Assembly (NCBI GenBank): GCA_027624235.1
Contig: JAQBYB010000005.1
Span: 1,794 to 65,793 of the forward strand
Length of the DNA stretch: 64,000 nt
Source of the DNA: Pseudomonadota bacterium
GTDB lineage: Bacteria > Pseudomonadota > Alphaproteobacteria > Rhodospirillales > Casp-alpha2
Direction: 5' to 3'
The first letter of the stretch is position 1. Each line of letters starts with the position of its first letter. This document shows positions 28,942 through 39,160 of this stretch, in pieces. The notes below the pieces were generated by a model. It made no database searches. It saw only the letters and a list, made by a program, of their open reading frames with translations, and was not told where the DNA came from. The translations under genes and the position numbers were made by a program.

Positions 28942-29028
28942 GCGGACGAACACCAGCCCACTAAAGTAAGAACGAACATGCGTGCGTGTAAAATGGCACG
29001 CGCACGGAAACAAAAAGGAGCCTGAACC

Positions 29029-29463
29029 ATGCGCCATCGTATCGGTGCCCGTAAACTAAATATAACCAGCAGTCACCGAAAGGCGATGTTCTCAAACATG
29101 GTCGTGTCACTGCTGACTCACGAACAGATTAAGACAACCCTGCCGAAGGCCAAAGAACTCCGTCGCATCACCGATAAGATAATCACGCTGGGAAAACGAG
29201 GCACATTGCATACCCGTCGTCGGGCATTCTCTTATCTTCGCGACGATGCCGCGCTTTCAAAGTTGTTTGGGGCGTTGGCCGAACGCTATAAGGACCGGAG
29301 CGGTGGTTACACCCGGGTGGTGAAGGCTGGCTTCCGGTATGGCGATAATGCGCCGTTGGCGGTGATCGAACTGGTCGACCGTGATCTCGATGCAAAGGGA
29401 GCGGATGACAAAGCCCGCCATGCCCTTGAGCAGGAAAATGAACCGCAGACCGAAGTGGCTTAA
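29029..29463 (+). CDS. rplQ: 50S ribosomal protein L17
   Basis: 144 aa, [24 protein letters not shown]... Confidence 0.97.
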   Translation: MRHRIGARKLNITSSHRKAMFSNMVVSLLTHEQIKTTLPKAKELRRITDKIITLGKRGTLHTRRRAFSYLRDDAALSKLFGALAERYKDRSGGYTRVVKAGFRYGDNAPLAVIELVDRDLDAKGADDKARHALEQENEPQTEVA

Positions 29464-29494
29464 ATCCGAACGGTTGGTTCTTTGCTTAGTTATT

Positions 29495-29527
29495 AAAAGG
29501 CAGCCTTCGTGGCTGCCTTTTGCTTTT
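29495..29527 (+). terminator. Rho-independent terminator ending the ribosomal super-cluster
   Basis: aaaaggcagcc / ttcgt / ggctgcctttt followed by gctttt, 32 nt after the rplQ stop. Confidence 0.85.
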
Positions 29528-29561
29528 ACGGGGTGTTAAATTGACTGGGCTGAATGTGGTG

Positions 29562-31001
29562 ATGAGATATAGAATGAAATTCGGGACTTTTAAATTAAAT
29601 AAGCTCATCGCGATAACGCTCGTTATCTTGGTAATGGCTTGGCCAGCTGTCGGGGCGGCTGAAAAACAAGCACCTTCTTCGAAAGCCGAAGTGCAAATGT
29701 CATTTGCACCGTTGGTCAAAAGTACGGCACCGGCGGTGGTTAATATTTACGCCCGCAAGGTTGTCCGCCAACGCGGTCAAACGCCCTTGTTCGACGATCC
29801 GTTCTTCAGGCGGTTTTTTGGCCAGGATTTTGCTTTTGGCCAGCCCCAGAAACGGGTGCAGAATTCCCTGGGTTCCGGCGTTATTGTTCGTTCCGATGGC
29901 CTTATTGTAACCAATAAACACGTCATCGAAGGTGCCGATCAAATCAACGTAGTTCTAGCCGACCGGCGGGAATTTTCCGCTACTTTGGTAATAACCGATG
30001 CAAGTACGGACCTTGCGGTTCTGCAAGTCGACACTGGGGGCAAGCCGTTGCCCATGCTTGAGCTAAGCGATTCTGATGATCTTGAGGTCGGTGACCTGGT
30101 TCTCGCCATCGGCAATCCGTTCGGCGTCGGCCAAACGGTGACCAGCGGCATTGTCTCGGCGTTAGCGCGCACACGTGTTACTTCGTCAGATTTTAATTTT
30201 TTCATTCAGACCGATGCCGCCATCAATCCAGGAAATTCGGGCGGCGCTTTGGTGTCCCTTGGCGGAAAGCTGGTTGGCGTGAACTCCGCTATATTTTCTA
30301 AATCCGGTGGATCGTTGGGTATTGGGTTTGCTATCCCCGCGAACATGGTGCGTGCCGTGCTAAACGGCATCACTAGAGACGGACGGCTGGTGCGGCCATG
30401 GCTTGGGGCCGCCGGCCAATCAATAAACCAGGACATTGCGACTTCTCTTGGTTTGCCCCTGCCTTCGGGTGTGTTGATCAGCAATATCTATAAGGGGGCT
30501 GCCGCTGCCGCCGCCGGGCTTAGGGTTGGTGACGTGGTGATGACCCTTGATGGCCATGAAGTTAATGATCAACAGGCTCTTCGCTATCGTATCGCTACGC
30601 TGCCAGTGGGGAGTGTGGTGCCGCTTCGGGTCTGGCGTTTGAAAAAAGTCCTTGAGTTGACTCTAACCCTGGCGCCGCCTCCGGAGACGCCACCCCGGAA
30701 TGTTATGACTCTGGATGGTCAACAGCCGTTGTCCGGCGCCAGGGTCGCAAACATGTCGCCTGGGTTTGCCATTGAGATCGGCTTGGATCCTTTTGCTAGG
30801 GGCGTGATGATTGTCGATTTGCAACGGGGCGCTCCTGCCCATCGCTTGGGGTTTCAGATTGGCGACATGGTGCGCACCGTCAACGGAGAGAAGGTCGCCA
30901 GCGTCGCTCAATTGCAATCTTTGGCGTCCAAGAAGGCGGCGAGTTGGGAGGTCACTTTTGAACGGGGCGGAAAAGTACTAAACTTGGTCATAAGGGGGTA
31001 A
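29562..31001 (+). CDS. DegP/HtrA-family periplasmic serine endoprotease (two PDZ regions)
   Basis: Signal-like N-terminus (KLIAITLVILVMAWPAVGAAE) and a trypsin-like core with TNKHV, DLAVLQV and GNSGGAL. The start is ambiguous (ATG 29562 or 29574); the ORF-track start at 29520 sits inside the terminator. Confidence 0.9.
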   Translation: MRYRMKFGTFKLNKLIAITLVILVMAWPAVGAAEKQAPSSKAEVQMSFAPLVKSTAPAVVNIYARKVVRQRGQTPLFDDPFFRRFFGQDFAFGQPQKRVQNSLGSGVIVRSDGLIVTNKHVIEGADQINVVLADRREFSATLVITDASTDLAVLQVDTGGKPLPMLELSDSDDLEVGDLVLAIGNPFGVGQTVTSGIVSALARTRVTSSDFNFFIQTDAAINPGNSGGALVSLGGKLVGVNSAIFSKSGGSLGIGFAIPANMVRAVLNGITRDGRLVRPWLGAAGQSINQDIATSLGLPLPSGVLISNIYKGAAAAAAGLRVGDVVMTLDGHEVNDQQALRYRIATLPVGSVVPLRVWRLKKVLELTLTLAPPPETPPRNVMTLDGQQPLSGARVANMSPGFAIEIGLDPFARGVMIVDLQRGAPAHRLGFQIGDMVRTVNGEKVASVAQLQSLASKKAASWEVTFERGGKVLNLVIRG

Positions 31002-31010
31002 TCACGGTTT

Positions 31011-31039
31011 TTGCATGGGTTGGCTCTGCCTCTGATAAT
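31011..31039 (+). promoter_or_regulatory. Candidate sigma70 promoter upstream of the dienelactone hydrolase gene
   Basis: TTGCAT (31011-31016), a 17-nt spacer, then GATAAT (31034-31039). Confidence 0.4.
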
Positions 31040-31084
31040 GCGATAATCTTGTCAGGTTCGAAAATCCAACTTTATGAGGGGTAT

Positions 31085-31786
31085 ATGACGATGAGCGGCA
31101 AGGAAATCACCATCAGCGCTGCCGATGGCGGTGAATTTATGGGATATCTTGCGACGCCGGAAACCGGTAGCGGCCCCGGTGTTGTCGTTATTCAGGAAAT
31201 TTTCGGTGTCAACGATGTCATGCGGGAGATCACCGATAGTTATGCCGAGGCGGGATACATGGCGCTTTGCCCCGATCTGTTTTGGCGTCAGGAACCGAAA
31301 ATTCGGTTAACCGACAAATCAGAAGAAGAATGGGCGCGGGCTATCGAATTATTAAATGGTTTTGATCTTGAAAAGGGTGTCCAGGATCTGGACACCACCA
31401 TCGAGACCCTTCGTGACCTTGAAGGTTGTTCGGACAAAGTCGGCACGGTCGGGTTCTGCTTAGGCGGTCGGCTCGCCTATTTGACCGCGACGCGGACGAA
31501 AGCGGATGCCGCAGTTGGGTATTATGGCGTCATGTTGACGGAACATCTAAATGAGAAGATCAACGCGCCCCTGGTTTTGCATGTGGCGACTGAAGACGAT
31601 TTTATGCCAAAGGAGCAACAGAACGAATTGCATGCTGTACTGGCCGGCAATGGTAAGGTCGCGGTTTATGTCTACGAAGGTCAGGGCCATGCTTTTGCCC
31701 GTGCCGGCGGTGAGCATTTTGATCAAGCCTCGGCCGATGCCGCCCGCGAACGGACCTTAGATCATTTTCGGGTGCATTTGGGCTGA
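31085..31786 (+). CDS. Dienelactone hydrolase family protein
   Basis: 233 aa from the ATG at 31085, with GAGGGG upstream. It has ...GPGVVVIQEIFGVN..., a nucleophile elbow GFCLGG and a C-terminal GQGHAF. Confidence 0.85.
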   Translation: MTMSGKEITISAADGGEFMGYLATPETGSGPGVVVIQEIFGVNDVMREITDSYAEAGYMALCPDLFWRQEPKIRLTDKSEEEWARAIELLNGFDLEKGVQDLDTTIETLRDLEGCSDKVGTVGFCLGGRLAYLTATRTKADAAVGYYGVMLTEHLNEKINAPLVLHVATEDDFMPKEQQNELHAVLAGNGKVAVYVYEGQGHAFARAGGEHFDQASADAARERTLDHFRVHLG

Positions 31787-31835
31787 GCCACCCAAAACGC
31801 CCCCTTCACCTCTTATACCGTAGGCCGGGGAGGAT

Positions 31836-33122
31836 ATGAGTACGCTCTTTGAATCCGCCGCTCCTCGCCCTCTTGCGGACAGGTTAAGGCCCCAAAAGCT
31901 GACCGATGTTGTCGGTCAGGACCATTTGCTTCAAGGGGATGGACCGATCGTGCGCATGACGGCTTCGGGAAATCTGACCTCGGTTATCCTTTGGGGGCCT
32001 CCGGGAACCGGTAAAACCACGATTGCCCGTCTTCTGGCCGATCAAACCAATCTTTATTTCGTACCACTGTCGGCGGTGTTTTCCGGTGTTGCCGATTTGC
32101 GTAAGGTTTTTGAGACGGCCAAGAATAAACGTGAAATGGGGCAAGGGACGCTTTTGTTTGTTGATGAGATTCACCGCTTCAACCGGGCGCAACAAGACGG
32201 CTTTCTTCCTTATGTTGAGAATGGAACCGTGATCCTGGTTGGGGCGACGACGGAAAACCCGTCGTTTGAGCTTAACGCGGCGTTGCTGTCCCGAACCCAG
32301 GTGTTGGTGTTGAACCGGCTCGACGATAGCGCCCTGGAAGAACTGTTGGTGCGCGCCGAAGCGGAGGAACGTCGTACCCTGCCGTTGGAGCCCGATGCCC
32401 GTGCCGCCCTTCGCGCCATGGCCGATGGTGATGGCCGGTATTTGCTGAATATGGTCGAAGCCGTGCTGGCGCTTCCTGCAGAACCGTTGATCGATACCGC
32501 CCAACTGGCCGAGGTCGTGCAACGCCGGGTGCCGTTATATGACAAATCCCAGGAAGGCCATTACAACCTGATCAGCGCGTTGCACAAATCGCTGCGCGGG
32601 TCGGATACGAATGCGGCGCTCTATTGGCTGGCCCGGATGTTATCCGGTGGCGAAGATCCACGTTACATCGCCCGTCGTTTGCTTCGTTTTGCTTCCGAGG
32701 ATATTGGACTGGCCGATCCACAGGCCCTGGTGCAAGCCATTGCGGCTTGGGAGGCTTATGAGCGCTTGGGCTCACCGGAAGGGGAGTTGGCCATCGTGCA
32801 ATGCGTGATTTATCTTGGCACGGCGCCAAAATCCAACGCCGCGTATAAGGCGGAAAAGGCGGCAGCCAAGGCGGCCAAAGAAAATGGTTCCCTGAACCCG
32901 CCGAAACATATCCTCAATGCGCCGACATCCTTGATGAAAGACTTAGGTTACGGCGCCGGTTATGAATATGACCACAACACCGAAGAAGGTTTCTCCGGTC
33001 AGAATTATTTCCCCGACGGCATGGATAGGCATCAATTCTACCAACCGGCGGAACGCGGATTTGAGCGGGAGATCGCCAAACGGCTCGAATACTGGGACAA
33101 GCTTCGCCGTGATAAGGAATAG
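31836..33122 (+). CDS. rarA: Replication-associated recombination protein A (AAA+ ATPase)
   Basis: 428 aa containing RPQKLTDVVGQDHLL, Walker A GPPGTGKTT, Walker B FVDEIHRFN, and the MgsA C-terminal block YDKSQEGHYNLISALHKSLRGSD. Confidence 0.93.
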   Translation: MSTLFESAAPRPLADRLRPQKLTDVVGQDHLLQGDGPIVRMTASGNLTSVILWGPPGTGKTTIARLLADQTNLYFVPLSAVFSGVADLRKVFETAKNKREMGQGTLLFVDEIHRFNRAQQDGFLPYVENGTVILVGATTENPSFELNAALLSRTQVLVLNRLDDSALEELLVRAEAEERRTLPLEPDARAALRAMADGDGRYLLNMVEAVLALPAEPLIDTAQLAEVVQRRVPLYDKSQEGHYNLISALHKSLRGSDTNAALYWLARMLSGGEDPRYIARRLLRFASEDIGLADPQALVQAIAAWEAYERLGSPEGELAIVQCVIYLGTAPKSNAAYKAEKAAAKAAKENGSLNPPKHILNAPTSLMKDLGYGAGYEYDHNTEEGFSGQNYFPDGMDRHQFYQPAERGFEREIAKRLEYWDKLRRDKE

Positions 33123-33128
33123 CCGAAT

Positions 33129-34385
33129 ATGATCGTCAGCCTCGCCGAACTTCTCATTCTCGGCCTTATTGTTGATTGGGCGTTTCGGAAGCTGACGGTT
33201 CCAGGCTTGGTCGGGATGTTATTATTGGGCTTCCTTTTTGGGCCCTATGCGCTGGGCTGGGTCAATCCGGAACTGCTGGCGGTATCCGGTGATTTTCGCC
33301 TGATCGCACTAATCGTCATTCTTCTCCGTGCCGGGTTAGAGCTCAGCAAGGATACTCTTAACCGCGTCGGCGGCAGGGCCGTAGTTTTGGCCGTCATTCC
33401 GGCGGTGATCGAGGGCGCCGCCATCATGGCCTTGGGACCATCATTGTTGGGCCTCAGTCTTATGGAATCCGCGATCCTGGGGTCCATATTGGCGGCGGTG
33501 TCGCCGGCAGTGGTGGTACTGTTAATGATCCGGTTCATGGAAGAGGGGAAGGGCGCTGAAAAGGGAATTCCGACGATGGTTCTTGCGGCATCAACCCTGG
33601 ACGACGTGTTCGTGATTGTCGTCTATAGCGTGCTGATCGGGATCTACACGGGAACATCCGTCAGTATTGCCTGGCAACTGGCTGGCATTCCAATATCGAT
33701 CGTTCTGGGGGTCGTCGTCGGATCTGTCCTCGGCGTCGTGTTATTTAAGGTTTTTCGTCGATTTGATCCACGCGCCACAAAACGGGTTCTGGTCCTGCTG
33801 GGGCTGTCGGTCCTTTTGGTAAGGGCCGAACATATGATGCAATCCTGGGTCCCGTTCGCGGCTCTGTTGGCGGTGATGGCCATGGGGTTCATCATCCTCG
33901 AAAAAGACGAACACATGGCCCATGAAATTTCGGCAAAACTGGGCAAGATCTGGGTGTTTGCTGAAATCGTTCTGTTCACCATGGTCGGCGCTCAGGTCAA
34001 TGTTGAGGTTGCGCTAGAGGCGGGACTAGCCGGAGCCTTGATTATCGGGCTGGGTCTCGTTGCCCGCAGCATCGGCACCTATGGTTGTCTGTTGGGAAGT
34101 GAGTTGAAATTTCCGGAACGAATGTTTGTGGTTGTTGCCTACCTACCAAAAGCCACCGTTCAGGCCGCGATCGGCGGCGCCCCCCTGGCGGCGATGGTCT
34201 TGGCTGGAATGGATACAGGCGCAGGCGAGATCATCCTGGCGGTAGCGGTGATGAGCATCGTTTTGACGGCCCCACTGGGCGCCTGGGCGACTTCCGTGAT
34301 CGGCGACAGGGTGTTACAGGTGGCGCCGGCAGAATTCCACGATGCTCGTGACGCCGTGATCGAAAGCGAAGGGCGCGAGAACTAG
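33129..34385 (+). CDS. Cation:proton antiporter (Na+/H+ exchanger family)
   Basis: 418 aa with about 11-12 hydrophobic segments and a composition and layout typical of CPA-type exchangers. Confidence 0.75.
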   Translation: MIVSLAELLILGLIVDWAFRKLTVPGLVGMLLLGFLFGPYALGWVNPELLAVSGDFRLIALIVILLRAGLELSKDTLNRVGGRAVVLAVIPAVIEGAAIMALGPSLLGLSLMESAILGSILAAVSPAVVVLLMIRFMEEGKGAEKGIPTMVLAASTLDDVFVIVVYSVLIGIYTGTSVSIAWQLAGIPISIVLGVVVGSVLGVVLFKVFRRFDPRATKRVLVLLGLSVLLVRAEHMMQSWVPFAALLAVMAMGFIILEKDEHMAHEISAKLGKIWVFAEIVLFTMVGAQVNVEVALEAGLAGALIIGLGLVARSIGTYGCLLGSELKFPERMFVVVAYLPKATVQAAIGGAPLAAMVLAGMDTGAGEIILAVAVMSIVLTAPLGAWATSVIGDRVLQVAPAEFHDARDAVIESEGREN

Positions 34386-34389
34386 AGGT

Positions 34390-35379
34390 ATGAGCGGCGT
34401 TCTAACCCTTCAGGTTAAAAGCGATGAAGCCGGGATGAGGATTGACCGTTGGTTCAAGCAACGCTTTCCGCAGCTTGGTCATGGCCGGTTGCAAAAGCTT
34501 CTGCGTACCGGTCAGGTCCGGGTCGAAGGAAAGCGCGTCAAATCCGGCACCCGGCTGGAACAAGGTCAAAAAATTCGGATTCCGCCGATTGACCCAAGCC
34601 CGCCGAAGTTTGAAAAAGTAACACCGGTGGTCTCCAAGGCCGACGCTAAGGATTTGAAAGATCGCGTCCTGCATCAGGATGAAGACGTCATTGTCATTAA
34701 TAAACCATCTGGTTTGGCAGTTCAGGGCGGCAGCGGTCTCAGCCGTCATCTCGATGCGATGTTGGATGCGCTTCGTTTCGGGGCAGAGGATAAACCGCGT
34801 CTTGTTCATCGGTTGGATAAAGATACCAGCGGTGTTTTGCTGTTGGCGCGTAACGCGTCAGTGGCGAGGATTCTCACCAATGCCTTTCGGACTAAGACAG
34901 TCCGTAAACTCTACTGGGCGGTTGTCGTCGGGGTGCCGCAAGCGTCCGAAGGGTTTGTCGATTTAGCGCTGGCGAAATTGCCCGGCCAGCACGGGGAACG
35001 GGTCGTCCCGGACGCGCCGGAGGGTAAAAAGGCGCTTACCCATTACCGGTTGATTGATCAGGCCGGCGGCAAGGCCGCATGGCTGGCGTTTGAGCCCTTG
35101 ACCGGACGCACCCACCAATTACGGGTACATGCCCTGGCCCTGGGCACACCTATATTGGGTGATGGAAAATACGGCGGCAGGGAGGCTTTCCTCGACGGTG
35201 AGGATATCGCCGGGCGGCTTCACCTTCATGCCCGCGCCCTTCGTTTTCCCCATCCCGCCGGTGGATTTCTTGAGATCAAAGCCCCCCTGCCTAAACACAT
35301 GCTGGAAACCTTCAAGGCGCTTGGCTTTGATGAACGGCAAGAACAAGAATTATTTATTGAAGTCAATGACTTGGGGTGA
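34390..35379 (+). CDS. RluA-family 23S rRNA pseudouridine synthase (RluC/D-like, with S4 domain)
   Basis: 329 aa with an N-terminal S4-like RIDRWFKQRF...LLRTGQVRVEG and the catalytic HRLDKDTSGVLLLA. Confidence 0.9.
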   Translation: MSGVLTLQVKSDEAGMRIDRWFKQRFPQLGHGRLQKLLRTGQVRVEGKRVKSGTRLEQGQKIRIPPIDPSPPKFEKVTPVVSKADAKDLKDRVLHQDEDVIVINKPSGLAVQGGSGLSRHLDAMLDALRFGAEDKPRLVHRLDKDTSGVLLLARNASVARILTNAFRTKTVRKLYWAVVVGVPQASEGFVDLALAKLPGQHGERVVPDAPEGKKALTHYRLIDQAGGKAAWLAFEPLTGRTHQLRVHALALGTPILGDGKYGGREAFLDGEDIAGRLHLHARALRFPHPAGGFLEIKAPLPKHMLETFKALGFDERQEQELFIEVNDLG

Positions 35380-35639
35380 ATTTATAAGTCCGGGCCAGAA
35401 TCTCAAGTTAAGTTAAACAAGATTCACTTCACAATTATTCCTTTCGGACTAGAATGGGGCTATTCCCGACCGTACTGGGGAGGTTCCTGAAATAATAATA
35501 AATAATCAGGGCGAGCGGCGGCTTTTTCTTGAGGTCAATTTTGTTTTGTCGATTGGAAGTACGCGTATTCGTACGTTCCAAGTGGGTGCGGTTGGCCTCT
35601 TTGCCGTTGTTAATAACTGTTATTATTTTGGGATAAGGT

Positions 35640-36341
35640 ATGCGGCTTTTATTGATCGAAGACCATCAACGGTTTGCCAATTTTGTTAAGGAAGGCCTGG
35701 AGAAAGAGGGCTTCACCGTTGATACAGTTGCAACCGCTGCCACGGGAGAAGCGGCGCAGTCAACGGTTCAATATGACGCCATCATCCTCGATCTCGGGCT
35801 TCCGGACCAGGATGGCCTTGAGCTTTTACGATCCTGGCGCGAAGACGGAAGCAAAACCCCGGTTTTGATCCTCACCGCCCGGGATGGCGTCGACGAGAGG
35901 GTCAAGGGTCTCAACAGCGGTGGCGATGACTATCTGCTCAAACCTTTTGCCATGGAAGAACTCGTCGCCCGTATCCGGGCCCTTTTGCGCCGCCCCGGTG
36001 GCGTCCTGGGGTTGGTGATCACGACCGGCAATGTGTCCTTCGACACCACAGCGCGAGAGGTTCGGATTAATGAAAAGACGATTTCCATTCCCAGGCGTGA
36101 AATGGGCGTGCTTGAGCATCTGATGCGCCGCAATGGCCGCGTCGTGCCAAAGGTTGTGCTGGAAGATAAAATTTACGGTTTCGGCAAGGAGGTTTCCTCA
36201 AATTCGGTAGAGGTCCATGTTTCAAGGTTGCGCAAACGGTTATCCGTTGCCGACGCTAACATTACCGTCCATACCCTTCGCGGCGTCGGCTATCTTTTAT
36301 CTGAAGAAGACACCCTGACGTCCCAAGAACCCTCGTCCTGA
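35640..36341 (+). CDS. OmpR/PhoB-family response regulator
   Basis: 233 aa. The receiver has the acid pocket IEDH, phospho-acceptor ILDLGLPD, LILTARD and LLKPF. The winged-helix C-terminus is ...VHVSRLRKRL...HTLRGVGYLL. No histidine kinase is adjacent. Confidence 0.92.
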   Translation: MRLLLIEDHQRFANFVKEGLEKEGFTVDTVATAATGEAAQSTVQYDAIILDLGLPDQDGLELLRSWREDGSKTPVLILTARDGVDERVKGLNSGGDDYLLKPFAMEELVARIRALLRRPGGVLGLVITTGNVSFDTTAREVRINEKTISIPRREMGVLEHLMRRNGRVVPKVVLEDKIYGFGKEVSSNSVEVHVSRLRKRLSVADANITVHTLRGVGYLLSEEDTLTSQEPSS

Positions 36342-36359
36342 TAACCAAACGGCACTGAT

Positions 36360-37043
36360 ATGCGTTTCTCCGATTCCTTACACTTGGCTGTATTCGACTG
36401 CGACGGCACGCTGGTCGACTCGCAACATTCGATCGTCGCCTCCATGAACGCCGCCTTTGATGCGCATGCCTATCCGCAGCCGGATGCCGAAGCCGTGCGG
36501 ATGGTGGTGGGGTTGCCGCTTCACGTTGCCATGGGTCGATTGCTCCCGGATGCCGACCCCGATGTGCCAGGGCAATTGGCAAACAGCTATATCGAGGCAT
36601 TCCATGGTTTGCGCGAGAAGGGGGAAGTCGCCGATCCGCTGTACCCCGGTGTGCTGGATATCCTTTCCGTTCTGGAAGACGCCAGCTGGATCCTCGGCAT
36701 TGCCACCGGAAAGGGACGGCGCGGTCTGCTGGCGACGCTTGAGACTCATGGCCTTGTCGATCGTTTCCAAACCCTGCAAACCGCCGACAGCGCCCCCGGC
36801 AAGCCCGATCCCGGTATGTTGTTGAATGCTATGAGGGAAACAGGGGCCGATGCCGCCGACACGGTAATGATCGGCGACACCACGTTCGACATGGAAATGG
36901 CCATCGCCGCCGGGACTATGGCGGTCGGGGTTTCCTGGGGCTATCATCCTGAAGAACATCTTCAAAAAGCCGGGGCGCATGTCGTTATCGACGATTTCGC
37001 GGCGCTTCCAAATGAAATAAAAAAACTCAGAGGATATTTGTAA
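36360..37043 (+). CDS. HAD-IA family hydrolase (phosphoglycolate phosphatase-like)
   Basis: 227 aa with motif I FDCDGTLVDS, motif II IATGK and motif IV GDTTFD. Confidence 0.88.
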   Translation: MRFSDSLHLAVFDCDGTLVDSQHSIVASMNAAFDAHAYPQPDAEAVRMVVGLPLHVAMGRLLPDADPDVPGQLANSYIEAFHGLREKGEVADPLYPGVLDILSVLEDASWILGIATGKGRRGLLATLETHGLVDRFQTLQTADSAPGKPDPGMLLNAMRETGADAADTVMIGDTTFDMEMAIAAGTMAVGVSWGYHPEEHLQKAGAHVVIDDFAALPNEIKKLRGYL

Positions 37044-39151
37044 TGAAACATTGGAAAAAAATTCTCTCTGCGATCGTTGTCTTGGCCGTGGCCGTTGTTG
37101 TTGCCGGGGTTGCGATTATCAAATCCCTGGATTTCAACGAGTACCGTGGCCTGATCGCCGAGCAGGTGAAAGCGGCGACCGGCCGGGATTTAACCATCAA
37201 TGGCAAATTGAATCTGGAACTTTCGCTGATCCCGGCGGTGTCTGTTGAGGGCGTGACCTTCGCCAATACGGCCTGGGGTTCCCGCAAGGAGATGGCGACC
37301 TTAAAAAAATTCGCCGCCGAAGTTGAACTGTTACCGTTGCTGAGCGGCGATATACGGGTCAAGAGGCTGGTGCTGGTGGGGCTGGATCTGTTGGCCGAAA
37401 CCGATGCCCAGGGGCGCGGCAACTGGGTATTGGGATCGGCGGATCAAAAGACTCAAAAAGCTGAATCAAAATCATCCGGCCTCTTGCCGGTCGTCCAAAA
37501 GGTCCGCATCGAAGATTTGACCGTGACCTATAAGGATGGTCGCAGCGGCCAAAAAACGGCGCTTCATATCGACACCTTGGACCTTCAGACCGATGGCCTC
37601 GGCGCCCCCATGACCGTTGGGCTTTCCGGTAACCTCAATGGCAATGCCCTTCAGGCCAAAGGCCAGCTCGGCCCCCTTGACGTCCTGCTCAAGGGCGGAA
37701 AGCCTTATCCGATCACCCTCACCCTGACAGCCCCCGGCGTCAGCATGGATGTTGCCGGGACCATCGCCGAGCCGCGCAAGGGCCGTGGGATTAACCTGAA
37801 ATTGTCGGTGGATGGCAAGGATCTCGCGGCGACAGCCAAGGCCGCCGGTGTCGTCCTGGCGACGCTACCGCCGGTTACATTCTCCCTGGTGCTGACCGAC
37901 CCTGAAGGCGCCTATCAACTTGCCGGCCTGGATGCCAAAATTGGCGGAAGCGACCTTAAGGGCCGGGTCACGGTAAAACTGACCGGCGCCAGTCCATCCA
38001 TCAATGCGGACTTGTCGTCGGCGTTGCTTGATCTGGATTCTCTGTTGCCGAAGCAATCAGGCGCGGCCAAAGCCCCCGCTAAAAAAGATAGCAAACGTGT
38101 GTTCCCGTCCTCGGCCCTGCCGGTGGATGGCCTCAAGGCCGTCGACGCAAAAATTCGCTTAAAGGCCAATCGCATCATCACCGGCGGGATCGCGGTTGAA
38201 GACCTAAACCTGAATTTGACGCTTGGCGCCGGTCGCCTGGAGATCAAACCCCTTGCCGCCGTGATTAGCAGTGGCAAGGTTAACGCCACCATTGTTGTTG
38301 ACGGTTCGCGTTCCCCCGTGGCCTTAAGCGTAAATCTGGACGCCCAGAAAATAGATTTCGGGGCGCTTTTGAAACAGTTGAAGTTGACCGATATCGCCAC
38401 CGGCAACGTCGATGCAAAAATCGATTTAAAGGGCCAAGGCGCTTCCGTCGCCGCCATCATGGCCGGGCTGAATGGCCGCGCCCGGATCGTCACCGAAGGC
38501 GGCAAAATCGATAGCGGTGTGCTGAATGTGGTGTCGTCGGACATTATTGCGGCGCTGCCGTTCGTGGACAGCAAGGGCGATAAGCAGATCCGCTGCGGCG
38601 TCATTGATTTCGAATTCCGTACCGGCCAGGCCAAGGTCAAGTCGCTGGTTTTCGAGACCGGTGGCCTGAGCATGATCGGCACCGGCGGCATCAATCTGGC
38701 CGATGAAACCATCGACATTAAGATCAACCCGCGCGCCAAAAAGGTCAGCCTGCTTCAATTGGCCATGCTGCCGGTCAATGTCGGCGGCACCCTGGCGTCT
38801 CCTTCGGCCCTACCAGATGTCGGCGGGGCGGCGATCGGGGCGGTGACGGGGGCGGTGTCGACGACCAAGGATATTGCCTCCGGCGGTCTTTCGGCGATCG
38901 GCAATCTGGTCGGCGTCGGCGGCAATAAAAGCGGCGCAAGTATCGACGAAACGGATTACTGCAAGGCGGCGCTTGCCGGACAAACCGTCGTGCGCTCAAA
39001 GGCGAAACCGAAACCGGCATCAACCTCGACATCCTCGACGCCACCACCGCCAGGGCAGCCGTCCGGTTCGATGATCGATAAAATCGACAAAAAAGCGGAT
39101 GAGATCGGCAAGGGCATCGACGGCGCCCTAAAAGGGTTGTTCGGGAAGTAA
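37043..39151 (+). CDS. AsmA family outer-membrane biogenesis protein
   Basis: 702 aa with an N-terminal anchor (ILSAIVVLAVAVVVAGVAII), a long Gly/Leu/Lys/Asp-rich beta-type body, and a C-terminal Ser/Thr/Pro tract. Its start forms a TAATG overlap with the HAD gene. Confidence 0.8.
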   Translation: MKHWKKILSAIVVLAVAVVVAGVAIIKSLDFNEYRGLIAEQVKAATGRDLTINGKLNLELSLIPAVSVEGVTFANTAWGSRKEMATLKKFAAEVELLPLLSGDIRVKRLVLVGLDLLAETDAQGRGNWVLGSADQKTQKAESKSSGLLPVVQKVRIEDLTVTYKDGRSGQKTALHIDTLDLQTDGLGAPMTVGLSGNLNGNALQAKGQLGPLDVLLKGGKPYPITLTLTAPGVSMDVAGTIAEPRKGRGINLKLSVDGKDLAATAKAAGVVLATLPPVTFSLVLTDPEGAYQLAGLDAKIGGSDLKGRVTVKLTGASPSINADLSSALLDLDSLLPKQSGAAKAPAKKDSKRVFPSSALPVDGLKAVDAKIRLKANRIITGGIAVEDLNLNLTLGAGRLEIKPLAAVISSGKVNATIVVDGSRSPVALSVNLDAQKIDFGALLKQLKLTDIATGNVDAKIDLKGQGASVAAIMAGLNGRARIVTEGGKIDSGVLNVVSSDIIAALPFVDSKGDKQIRCGVIDFEFRTGQAKVKSLVFETGGLSMIGTGGINLADETIDIKINPRAKKVSLLQLAMLPVNVGGTLASPSALPDVGGAAIGAVTGAVSTTKDIASGGLSAIGNLVGVGGNKSGASIDETDYCKAALAGQTVVRSKAKPKPASTSTSSTPPPPGQPSGSMIDKIDKKADEIGKGIDGALKGLFGK

Positions 39152-39160
39152 TCCGGCGCC

